64,000 bases of DNA, taken from NCBI GenBank assembly GCA_023213395.1, contig CM041465.1, forward strand, positions 177,327,741 to 177,391,740. Direction: 5' to 3'. Under the pieces are notes generated by a model that was given only the letters and a program-made list of their open reading frames with translations, searched no databases and was not told where the DNA came from. The position numbers and the translations under genes are program-made. The DNA comes from Cycas panzhihuaensis (lineage: Eukaryota; Plantae; Cycadophyta). Shown piece by piece: positions 38,590-50,821 of this stretch. Each line of letters opens with the position of its first letter. Positions within the stretch are counted from its first letter, which is position 1.

Positions 38590-39360
38590 CTAACAACATT
38601 TCAGTTGGAAGATGCTCAAACTATACCCACTCTAATGAAACCCAATGTTAAATTAACAGTTAATGGTGATGATTGAGAGGCAAACGCAACACTTTACATG
38701 TAACTTATAGGTAGTCTCATCTATACTACTAATACAAGACTTAATATTGCATACTCCATTAGCATTCTTTCTCATTATATAACAAATCTTAAGCATAATC
38801 ACTGACAGGCAACAGTGCGAGTGTTGGGATACCTTAAGATGACTAACAAATATGGTCTGCTGTATGAACCCAATTCAGAGTTCAAACTATATGCATACAC
38901 AGACTCTGACTTTGTCAGAGATAAAGATATAGAGAGATCTATATTTAGGTATATAACATTTATTGGAACATCACTAATATCATGGAGATCTAAATGGTAG
39001 AAGATAGTTGTTGATTCAACTATTGAAGCTAAATATTGTTGCTTTTGAGACCAATAAAGAGGTGATATAAATTAGGAAATTATTAGAAACATTAAATATC
39101 ACCCAAATAAGTGCTATTAGCCTTCATATAGATAATCAATCAGTAATCCACATGGCAAAAAATCTTATATTTCATGATCATACTAAACACATAAGTACGA
39201 AAGTCCACATGATTTGAGAACTAGTTCATGATAACATAATTTAACTGGAGTATTGCCCCATAGTCGATCAAGTGGCTGATATCTTCACCAAACCACTACA
39301 AAGGGTGAAGTTTGAACAGTTCTATAGCTAGCTTGGTCTTTGGGCCTCTATCTCTGACTA
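38590..39360 (+). pseudogene. Copia C RT C-terminus and RNase H (degenerate)
   Basis: LIGSLIYTTNTR..RVLGYLK..AYTDSDF..ISWRSK..DNQS..DQVADIFTKPL. Confidence 0.9.
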
Positions 39361-39788
39361 ATTAAAGGAGATGACAACATGATCATTATACTTTATTCAT
39401 TCGTGAAAATCCCTTGTGGGTGCGAAAGAATAAGAGTAAGTCTTTACTCTATTATATTTGTGAAAACCTCTTGTGGGCACGGAAGGATAAAGGTTGTACT
39501 AATCTTATAAATTGAAACCTATAAAAACCTGAAAAGGCATGGGAGATGACCAAACGGTATATGGAGACTCAATAGATCAAGCTACATATTTAAGCTACTT
39601 AACTATCAAGCTACATCAAAAGCCACCTTATCCATTTTGATTTAAGGGGCTATAGATGTTAGGAAGTTCATAGTTTTTATTCCTCATTAGGGTTTTCCCA
39701 TAAAAGTATCAATGTAATAATGAGGCTCAAATGAAGACCTCATAGAATAGATTTCATCATAATGACCTTTTACCATTAAGGGAGGAAT

Positions 39789-40094
39789 TGATGGATGTTA
39801 ATACATCAAGGTCATTAGATTAATTATATGAAGGTGACTTTAGGTTAGTTAAGTCATATAGTTAAATGTAATTTTATTTATATTTAAGTGTAATTTCAAA
39901 ATCATGACATTAGGCAGGAAACTGCTTTGGAAACCCTAATGTACATTCTTTATTATATAAGGTTGAATGTGAAAGGGAGAGTAATAATTTTCACCTCTCA
40001 TTTTTACTCTTAATCTTGTTCTCTTTATTTTGCTCTTATTATGTACCATTACTTTAGTATAGTAGAGTGTGGCCACTAGATCATTCACCCAACA
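39789..40094 (+). repeat. 3' LTR of Copia C (306 bp)
   Basis: Preceded by PPT TAAGGGAGGAAT, followed by TSD AGGAT. Confidence 0.95.
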
Positions 40095-43000
40095 AGGATA
40101 ATTCCCTAGGGGATCAAGAAATGACTTATACTTAATAGACAAGGGGCTCAAAGTTCTTAATATTCAACTTAGGATCATTAAGGATGGCTAGGTAGCCATA
40201 GCTACCTATGTTATTAAGGGCGAAATAGACCATATTTGGTTCAAAAGAGGGTGGGTTTTCTTCATGCTAAAGTTTAGGGCCTTGGAAAAAGATCGTAAGA
40301 GAAGGATCTAGTTTCTTAAGGTCATCATCATCGACGTTGAAGATGGCTTGGATAACTAGATGTAAAGATCAAGAAGGGGAAGGCTCATGAGCCATAACTC
40401 AAACTCTACCATCATGGACAAATTTTAATTAGCCCCACAATAAAGAATAAACGGCCCCCATCTAGTCCAACTAAGGCCATCCAAGAAGGAGATTATAATT
40501 AACACCAATGCCAAGGATAATAATATAAGCAAGAACGTTTTATCTTTTAGGGTCAAGGGAAATGTAATGGTTTTAAGGGGTGCCTTTCCATTCTCATTGT
40601 ATCCTTGGCACTACTATGAAACTGGCTCGAGGGCCTTGATGCTTAATTTCTTAAGCATCCAAGGGGGCATGGCATTAACTAAAGAGTCATTACCAATAAT
40701 AGTTCTTTTCAAGGCAAAGTCAAGGGTCTTAATAGTGATGGTAAATAAGTAATACCAATAGTGCTCATGCTCCTTGGTAGGCAACATGTTATCAAGGTCA
40801 AAGGAGATAATTGGAGGGTTATGAGAGGTGGTGACAACAACATGGATGGGAACTTCCTTATGCTTGAGGACTTTTAAAAGTAGGTTCCATTGGTAAGGGT
40901 ATCTCTTTAGGATGTTAATCATAGATATACCCATAGAGAAAATATGAAGCTCCTCCATAATGGAGAAGGGTTTCCCCTTGCTAATTGGTTGGAGAAGTAA
41001 GTTATAAAGGGGAATCTCGAGGAAGTTCCTCCATAATGGTGCTTCTTAATAGGTGGTTAGTGAGAAGAAGAGGCTTCCCTAACTTCCTTAGTTACCTAAG
41101 CATATGTCATAGGTAAAACCTCAATAGTGTCTAATATTTGGATGACCCTTTTCCCTTTAGCATTGTAGTATTACGTGACCTAAGTTGAGTCTTGGGTCTT
41201 GGGTATGGTTGAGCATGTTGGCTTGGCTTAGGCTTTGTCCTTATATTAGTTAGATGTGGGTTTAACCAATGGCATCACCTTCTACATTGGCTAAATTGTT
41301 GTTGGGTTGGTTGCATAATAACATCATGACTTGGAAAAGGATCTTAGTAGATGGGCTAGTCTAGGTTAGGTTTAGAAGCAAGTTATAAAGGGGAATCTCG
41401 AGGAAGTACTTGTTCAAGATGTTGGGTCTAACAATGAGTGTTGTCATGGGCATAAGCCATGAATGACATACCATCACTTATTAAGAGGAGGTTGATATTT
41501 ATTTTTTGGGGGAAGGACATGATTGCCCCCTTTAGGCTAAGTTATTATTTAGATAGTTTGATGAATAGGCCTATACCCATGAGAGGGAGTAGGTAGTTCT
41601 ATCAGGGACTAAGTTGGTTAAAGCTTAAGATCCTTAATAACTCACTCAAATAAGTAAACAATTAAGGTAAGTGAGTCCATAGTCCTATTAACATTGCTAA
41701 TAAGAGGCCTAGGACCAAATGGTTATAGCCTTTGATCTCATAGGGAAGGGGGTGCCTCATGAAACGTGCATATGTATGGGGGGAGGAAGTTATTTCTATT
41801 GACCTTTTTAAGACTAGCTTGGATCTCAATGGACTCGAGGGCCAAGCATTTGGCAATGGCCAAGTTGCATATCATTACACTCATCTTGAGTACGTTAGCA
41901 TGGACCTTTAGATAAAAAGCATTAACAAAAATGTCTCATTTTAGGTCTTCAAGTAGCATGACCTTAGAGGAGTGGAGGATATCATAAAATCTACACATGA
42001 AATCTTGGTTGAGCTAGTCCTAGCCTTATTTTAAAGAGAGAAGGGCCTTAGCCCCACTCTTTAAAGGACAAGCAACATCGAAATAATTAACAAAAGTTGA
42101 ATAGGCTAGGAAGTAATAAAACCACTTCAAGGTATCTCCTTAAAGAGATCTCAAAATAGACATAGTAATTAATGCATACCATAGCGAATGCTCTAGCATG
42201 TTCAATAAGATCTTGGGATGAAGTAACTTTGAGCTTAGGCACTTCGAGAGGGTGAGGAGGTAAATTAGTCCTCAAGGCTCTAAGTGGAAGAGAATTGGTC
42301 ATATAGTCAACAAAGGATATGTCCTAGGTTGGCATAAAGGATTAAGAGGTGGATAAGTAGGCTGGGGTTGATAATTAGGTCAATATTAAGGGGTGGGATA
42401 AGGGGTATACCCTTATTGATAGGGTGGATATTAGGGAGTGGATTGAGGAATACCCCTAGTTGTATGTGGTAGTATTATTCAAGGATAGGAGCAAGGACCA
42501 CATGGTGGTAGGTGAGGATAGCCCAAAGCACCATATAGAGGAGGTCAGTATAATGGGCTAGCTTGGGCCATGACTCCTTAAGGACCAATAAAATAAGATG
42601 AGGTAGATGGAGGGATATGGAGAACTTTATAAGTTTAAGCAAGTGGGACTTGCTAAGCAAGGATCGATTAAGGCATGGCAGATGGATACACAGGTGTGGA
42701 GTATGACGAAGGGTGGTGTAATAGATTCTACCCAAAGGGGTGTCTGATCAAAGGGGCAACCCCATAAAGGTGAAGGAGATCAACCCCATAAGCTAGCAAA
42801 GGATGAGATCCACCCTGCCCCCACTACTAAGTAAATGCTTAGGTGAGATATAGGTGGCTCCATTAGGTCTAACATAATAAGGACAAGGTAGGAAAGGATG
42901 GATAAAGAAAGGAGTCTAAGCAATACTTGGTTAGGGAATAAAGGTGTGTAACATAGTATATGGGGGAATTAAAAGAGGAATGGAGGGCCCAAGTTGGGAT

Positions 43001-43890
43001 AAATCTTAGGAAGGTTAGGGAATCACCCTAGATAAAGGGCTAATGGACTAAGTGGCTATAGACAAAGGCCAAGTAGGTGGAGGGGTAGATTGAGCAATAG
43101 TTTAGGACATGGGTTGAGGTTAGGAGGATAATGATAAAGTTGGGGTAGGCATATAAGGAGCAAGGGTACTAAACACCAAATGACAGGCCCAAGTAGGGAT
43201 AGACTCATCTGCAACTGCTTCAAATTGGGCGCTTAAAGTGGCCACGGTATCCTAAGCTATATTTTGGGTCTTGAAGGGGTCTAAGACATGCTCACCATCC
43301 TAGGCTTGATCAAATAAAAAGGTTTGAGCCAATGAGTTAAGGATCATGGGGTTGAACAACCCTAATCACGTAGGTGGAGGATCCAACAAGGTTATAATAT
43401 AAACTTTTAGCATCATAAGACTGATAGGTAGAGTCCACACTTTCTTAATATGGTTATAATAAGGCTCAATAATTTGGGACTAATCTTGAGTATAAGCTTG
43501 GTATGGATCCTATGTCCAATAAGGGTCATAAGGAGGGTACAAAGGTTAGGGGTGGAAGGGATCTTGGGATTACTGAGGAGGGATCTTTCTACCCATGGAG
43601 GATAGTTAGACAAATAAAGGAATAAGGGAGGAAATCATATTAGATTATAATATAGGAAGACCTTGAAGGTGATGAGAAAATTATCATATATAAGAAGAGA
43701 AAGGAAAATAGGAGGAAGGCAAATATGAAAGGGGAAATGATATGCATCAAAGTCCTATAAGAAAGGAGGGGAATGCATGAGGAATCCTCATACACATCAA
43801 ATTAGAATGATGCCCTAACTCAAACAACTAAATCAAAGGAAAAGGGAGGGTAATGATAAAGCAATACAAAGCCAACACCCTATTAGTAAG

Positions 43891-43908
43891 TCCTCAATAT
43901 GGTCACAA
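43891..43908 (-). other. Degenerate PBS of old Tat element
   Basis: Minus strand TTGTGACCATATTGAGGA, same type as the younger element's PBS and in the same flanking context (TTA[C/T]TAGT), one base from TG at 43910. Confidence 0.65.
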
Positions 43909-43909
43909 G

Positions 43910-46900
43910 TGAACATGGATATGTAGGGAGAGAGAATAGACAAACATGACTTCACAGTAGGCCCCTAGGGTGAGGAGAACCCAAGCAAAAGAGGGTGTGA
44001 ATACATGTCTCTCATAGAGTGCTTGTGTGTTCTCATGTATATGGTTATGGAAAAAATAATTATTGATTTGGACTAGTTAGGGACTAAGGCCAACATGTAT
44101 ATATGATACATGCCAGGTATAGATCAAACATATAATGATTAAGTGCATACTAGTTGCTAATGAAAGCAAAAAAGGCAATGTAGACATGTAGATTAGAAGT
44201 AAGCATGCAATGAATGACAAAGAAGTATTAAATAAAAGTAGTTGGCTAATATTGAGTTAAAATCAATCAACCTAGCTAAACATGCTTGGAAGGACCAAAT
44301 AACATAGAAAAGCCCTCATGGTACAAGGGGCTTGATTGAGTATAAGTGCTCATAACTCTTACGAAATCTACATGCTTAACCTAAGGAATCTATAATCCCC
44401 TAGGCTACTAACTTATCATAACCCTCTTGACTCCTACTAGACTTAAACAATAGACTTAATCTAAAAGAGCAAGGAAAGGACAAACTAAAGTGAGAGGCCT
44501 AAAGGAATCAAGACCATATGATAGATCTGCTCATGGATGTGTTAGTGGGGACTTGTTAATATTGGTAATGGCTCTCATACTAATGCAAGAGTGTCCTAAT
44601 AGTATTTACATCCAATTCCAGTGAGCCTTAAGCTCTACAAGGGTGAAGGAAGAAATAGATTAACATTCTCAATAGGAGAGATGAAGTTCACTCAATTGTC
44701 CACACTCCACATATCAACACATGGTAAGGATAGGCACCTTCAACTGCTTATTCAAAATATAGATTATAGACACACACATAAAGGGACAAGTTGATCCCCC
44801 TCAACTAGAAATAACATCTAGGTAGATAGAAAAATCGACCTCCCTCCTTAGTAGAAAGAAGGACCTTACACTAAAGAGGATAAAGAAGTAGAAAGAAAAG
44901 TCCTAATGTGGCCATTATACACTTCAGTTTGAACAAAAACAACAATAAATCCTAATTATAAAAAGTAACTAGAACCCCGCAAATTTAAGGAGTCACAATA
45001 GGTGTGACCCTCTCTTTTGTTAAGCCTTTGAATACATAACACATCACTAAATAAGGAATGCAAAGTGTAGTGCAAGATGTAAAGTAAAAAGATTATTTTT
45101 TATCACCCTTATTTTGTGGTTTTCCTTTTCTCTTTTCAAATTCAAAAAGTAGAATTATGAGCAAGGGTGGAAGTGGAAACAAATAAGTATACACAAGCAA
45201 ACAAGTAGTCTAATGATTCACTACCCTTTTCATTTTCAAAATTAAACTACAAAATAAAATAAACATTTTTTTTTTCCCTTTTTACTTAAAAAAAAAAGTA
45301 GAAAAGAGATATTTTAGAAGGGGTTTAATGAGGAGCACTTAGTAAATTATGCAAATCCACCATTTCTATATTTATTTTTTAGTAAATTTCTAGATGACAA
45401 CTTGCCAAATAGGCTAGAAATCATGTTAGTAAAGTATATAATAATAAAAACATGTTTCTAGATAAAATCCAACAACATTTTTGCTTGTTGGATCATAGTA
45501 TGATAAAAAAAAGTTTGTAAAGCAAAGTTAAATATAGTGAAAATCACAAAAACAAGGACTAAGTGTACCTTATATAAGTGGCTCATGCTGAAATTTTGGC
45601 AATGTTCTAACTACACAATTGGCTCTCAAATTCAATGAAGGGGAGATTGAGAGAGAAATAGAAGAAAGAACTCTAATTCACTCCAAAATGCTCTTAAAAC
45701 CTATAACAAAATGTGGTTCTTCCACTTGCAATGGAACTAGTGACATGCACTAACACTCATAATATAACAGATGTGCTAAAAACTTCAAAATATCAACTAA
45801 CAAGTGTTCAAATTTGATGACTAATAAGATAAGGGAAGGGGGGCCTAATAAATGATAAAAAATCCCCTTCATGTAATGGTCTACCAAGCGATAATTAGTC
45901 TCCTTTCCCTCTGCAAGGTTACTTGGCATGTGGACAAGAAAAAGCAAGCAGAATGGGGGCAAAATGACTAGCAACAAAGTAATATCAAAGATAAAAAATA
46001 AGGTATGCAAAGCAATACTCCACAAACCAAAGGAAAACAGGCATACCTTAAAATAAAAGTACCAACTCGAGTGATAGGGGATTACCCCATTCCAAATGGT
46101 GAAGATGATATTAATGAAGAGGTTCCTCCAGCCAATGGATGCTCCAGCATTGCTAGATTGTATATTTAAATCCTAAGTAGAAGTTAAGAGGTGATCGAAT
46201 AAGAGTTTAGCCATTTGTGATTGGAATCTAACAACATAACGATAACATACTAACAATTTTCTTGACCTCCCTTTTAATGGGAAAAGGGGAGGTTTTCATA
46301 AGCAAAGGAAGGGGGATAAGCCCATGGTTTTAATCTCGCAAGATGGGATGGAACCATGGGCCCGAACCCATGAGTAATTGCCCATGGATTTGGCCCAAAA
46401 CCATGGGATCCATGGTTTTTAGATGGGACTTGGCCCATGGTTTCAATAAAACCATTGGGCTATCCTTAGTTTTATGCATGTATTAAATTAGGTCTGTGTT
46501 TGAGCACCATAAATATACAACCAAATATAAGCCTAAAAAAATATATAACTTCAAAAATTAGTACCATGAAGTTTGGTATGATATCACAAAGAATCTTCAT
46601 GGTACCATAAAAAGTACTAGTAAATACTTGCTTGGTAGGAAAACAATAGGGCAAAAAAGTTACCAAGCAACATGCACACTAAAAAAGAAAGAAGGATAGT
46701 CCAAAAAGGGAGTAGGACATGGAGCTATCTGAAGAAAATGGGATAAAACAAATGGAAATGAAGCCAACATAGTGGAATAAGGTGAAGAAGGATGTAAATA
46801 AAGCAACAAAGAGGCATACAAAGCCTTGAGAAGATACCGAGAGACCTTTCTCTACTTGATTAACTCAAAGGGATGATAAAATAACTATCGACCATGGTTG

Positions 46901-47050
46901 AACTCATTATCAACAAAGGGATAATCAACTCATCCAATAAATCAATAAGAAAACTCATGCATACACTCATAATATAGCTAATCTAAGCTACACTAAGCTA
47001 TGCAAAGTAAAGAATGAGTACGTATATTTACTTATTGTCATTGTGTCTAC
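43910..47050 (-). repeat. Probable long 5' LTR of old Tat element (right end uncertain; 46039 is an alternative)
   Basis: Begins TG next to the PBS; non-coding with LTR-like strand asymmetry; no partner LTR in the window to confirm. Confidence 0.45.
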
Positions 47051-49922
47051 GTCATTCTCGAATTATAAGAAACAAAGCTCATTGGATGAAGTTGCAAAGT
47101 ATTCAGCTTCTTCCAATAGATTAAAAACACTATTAGGTATTTTATAAAGTTTGTGCACGGTGTTGGATAGCTAATTAAATAGTGTTTAATGGCTGTATTT
47201 AGAGCGTTGGGTAGATATATACTTTTATGCAACTTTAACAGCACATTTGGTAATTTTTTACAATGTTAGGTGGCTTAAAATAGATAAAACGTATTGTTGA
47301 GCATATTTTGGAGGCTATTAATCTATTCTATAGAAAAACATACTTGAGTTCAACTCTTCTTGATAAAAAAATATCAAGATTTAGAGCATGGGAGTTGTTA
47401 GAAGCTCCATGACTACACACCGGTCGCAGGAAGAAAAAGATTCAATGACAAGTTTAATTTTATAAAATTTAATGTTTAAGAATATTATAAGATCATATTA
47501 AGTTATCTTTTAATATTGTTTGGCATTTGTGAAGCCACACACAAACTTATATGGGTGCTTTAATATGACTAGGGACCAAACATAAAAGTGATTTTTTTTA
47601 ATTTTCTTACCTTTTTACCTAAAAGGGTACCTATATACATGAAAATAGCCATATCCCCCTCATACTACATCATAATTGAGTGTCATTAGTTGTGTTGGAA
47701 AGCTAACTCAACTTTCCAATGAGTGATCGCATAATATGCTTTAAAATTTTTTCAAGGAAGTTTTAATTATGTGAAGTTTGGACTTTAATTTGACAGGGTA
47801 TTAAAATAGAGCTTATGCCTTGAATAAAAAGTGTTTTATCACATGTTTTTGCTTAGATAACTATTTTGATAGGTTTGTTCATGGTGCAATAGATGAGGCT
47901 AGGGGTTTTTAACTTCAAATTTCTCTTAAAATTGTGACCTCAGCTAGGAGAGCAGAAAACAAACAAAATGAGAGTAGGTAAAGACAATTTAACAGGCAAA
48001 TATTGGTAAACCATATATGAGAAGGCCACTCTAAGGGATTGGTAGGCACAACAGCTCGTTACCCATGTGTTCTAATAGATATTTGTCTTTTATATAGACT
48101 TGGTATCATATTTGAAGTAGTTATGTGACATGGATTAAATATTAAGGTGGGAATATTGGGTAATGTTAACCCATGGAATGTTAAATTATTGTAATTACCC
48201 ATTTGATGTGCACTAAGGGGTTATAGTATATATACTTCTTCATGTTGTAGGTCGTTGGTTGATTAAGTGCCTCTTAGATTATGATTAGACAACCAAGTGG
48301 TGATACATACTATAAATATATATTAGTTTGATACAATATAATTGGAAATAGTCATTTCTCACAAATAGTTTGTGTTATGCATTTGTACATATTATTTAGA
48401 CTTGTATTAGGCATTTATTTCTAACATTTTATATTATCATCATGATCTATTTTATAGTCAAAATTATGATTCCACATTAGTGATATATTTCAATAAGTTT
48501 AAAACTAAAAATCTAAGTTTATAGCCTGTTCATATGTTTTAAGTTTACACTTAAACCTTTAACAAATATACTTAATATTAACAACAAGCGTAACCTTTAC
48601 AAACCTTCAACAAATGTTCTTGATAATGGAATATATGCATACGATTTATTTGTTCTTAGTTAGTCATGAATAAGACTAATGCCATTATAATTCCACACAT
48701 TATGTTATTTGAATCTAGTAAATAACTCTTTGACCAAATTCCATAGATCCATGTATTCTTAGATTTTGATAATAAAAATAAATACTAAAGACTGTTTTGC
48801 ATGTCAAATGTCGATGGTAAGATAAAAATAACTCATAAAGATAGAAGTCATACTAATTTCTTATTATCTTTTAAACATTACTTATTTATGATAAAAACGT
48901 ATATTGTAAGCCATGAAAATTAATTATTAAAATTGACGGTGCATTGGTTTATTTGTTTACCGAATTATTAACACAAATTTAGTTGACTCAATATGGTTGA
49001 AAATCAAATTCCAAGTTTTAATTGAGGCACCTTTATTTAGCTAATTCTCATCATCACATTGACTTCTAGTCATGCCATTTAGAGAAATGTATACCCTCGA
49101 AGGCAAGTGTGGACTTAGAATAGATTTTAAGTTTGTATAATATTATTCATTCAACCTTTAGTCCCCTAGAATGATGCATATCCTTTTAATTACATTATTT
49201 ATGTAAGGATACTTTGTTCTTCTACTATGAGTTATTTCAACATGGGGAATGGATTTCAAATCTTCAAGTGCCATTTATTTACCTTTCAATACCTTTTCCT
49301 TGTAACTATACATCCTTGTGATTATTGGACATTTAGGTTTTAGATATTATAACCTACATGATAGTGTATGATGAGTTGTGCTTAGTTATTTTAACACACC
49401 ATTCATAAGCACCATCTCATAGTGCGTGAATTTAAAAACTATACTTGACTTTCAAAAGGAGAGAAGCATGAAAAGTTTGGTATGTAGCCCTAGGAGGCCA
49501 TAATGGTGTGCCCATTGACTTTAGGATTAAAGTCACTTAAGCAAGATGTAAAATCACATTGACCTCTCACACTCTAGAAATATTCCTTAAGGTAGTGGCC
49601 AACATGAGTTGGTACGCACCATATTGTTGATTCTTAGCCATTCCAAGAGCAATGAATTTACTTAAGAGGATTCAACCAAAACAACTTGCCAAGGTCACAT
49701 AAAAAGGGTGCAAACAAATGCAATAGAGACTAAAGAACCCAAAATGTGACCAACCTAATTATTATAATGCTCACCAAAAATCTCTATGAAATAACTTTAA
49801 ATGTGACCAATATGCACCCTTAAGAGCCTAGGGAGCACCACAACCACTGGTATGCAGATGAGATAGACTATGGTGGTGGGGTAGTATGAAGGTGTAAATT
49901 GTAGGAATTCCCCATTGAGTGC

Positions 49923-49923
49923 T

Positions 49924-49980
<57 letters not shown>
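49923..49980. repeat. Compound inverted microsatellite (TAA)n/(TTA)n
   Basis: Seen directly; self-complementary junction AATAATATTATT. Confidence 0.95.
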
Positions 49981-50542
49981 GAAAAGAAAAAAAAAAAAGT
50001 GTGCACATTATTCGACATGGCGTTTGGATACCCTTCCCTGGTCCGTGCATTCTCTACGATCATCACCATGATGACGTACCTTCTTACTTCAGCCATCGAT
50101 TAAACTCTGGGGCGGTGGTTTTTCAGGGACTAATTAACTCTATTTTCGTACGGCCTTTAATATTAAATTAATGTCTCTAATACGGTCGACGGTCAAATCG
50201 TTACCACGGAACAGTTATATTTAATTAATTAATAATAATGATGAGCTGGAAACTGGAAATTAGGATAGATGGTCTCACGACCGACCGTGAGGGGGTGACT
50301 TCAGGAAACATCCTTGAATTCGGACAGACGAGCCGCTAGCCTCGCCCTGACAACTGTTAATCCTACCGTAGAACCAGTCTCCGTTCTGGATGACTCTGCG
50401 GACGTTAATTATTATACGTCGTATATGATTATTCCCACTTTGACACGTTTCTATCCGAATTGCGGCGGGAAGGAAAAGGGTTGCTGACAAAGCACGTGAT
50501 GGGATCTGTCTATGCGGATGAGGATCGATATTGCAACTGGCA

Positions 50543-50554
50543 TGCCACGTGGCA
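50543..50554. promoter_or_regulatory. Perfect 12 bp palindromic G-box/ABRE TGCCACGTGGCA in the ERF promoter (second CACGTG at 50493)
   Basis: Sequence match about 110 bp upstream of the TATA box. Confidence 0.65.
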
Positions 50555-50661
50555 GACTGTACCTGTTCTGTAGTGCGGTTTGATTCGAATTGCGCGTTCT
50601 CCAGCACAGGATCCTGTGGGACCCCTACACCAACCGAAGATCTCCGTCATTTCTTTGCTGT

Positions 50662-50668
50662 TATATAT
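50662..50668 (+). promoter_or_regulatory. Putative TATA box of the ERF-VII gene
   Basis: TATATAT about 160 bp upstream of the ATG, followed by a T/G-rich 5' UTR. Confidence 0.55.
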
Positions 50669-50821
50669 CTCTTGACCGGGTTTCGGTTTGTACAGATCAT
50701 CGCCTAGGGTCAGGGTTTGTTGGTTTCTTTTGGGTCAATCAGGGTATTGCGGTTTTGGGTCGGGGATTGGTTTCTTTTGGCTTAGCGTCACGGTTTCGAG
50801 ACCTGCAGAGGAAGGGAAACA

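Larger units (their letters stand above)
9535..40094 (+). mobile_element. Ty1/Copia element C, full length with two nested insertions
   Basis: Paired 306 bp LTRs (TG..CA), TSD GGGAT/AGGAT, PBS ACTAGTATCAGAG at 9841, PPT at 39777-39788. gag zinc knuckle CERCNRKGHLTKDC (~12817). Integrase split at DLCGP by the Tat insert; RT split by the Reina insert. Confidence 0.93.
4214..47050 (-). mobile_element. Old Tat-type Ty3/Gypsy element (host of the nest), present as 4214-9534 and 40095-~47050; right boundary approximate
   Basis: Integrase ~5850-7000 (RWYGDIVY.., GPF region). RT 7733-8092 (SLMNGFSSYNQI..AFTTHWETFAY..FGLKNAIATYQ). Protease and gag remnants at 40430-42330, collinear with the younger Tat element. 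Arg-type PBS at 43891-43908. Copia C TSD (GGGAT/AGGAT) rejoins the two halves. Confidence 0.8.

Noticed and set aside
49797-50103. ORFs with poly-N/I/L/K runs
   Set aside because: Artefacts of the trinucleotide microsatellite and poly-A.
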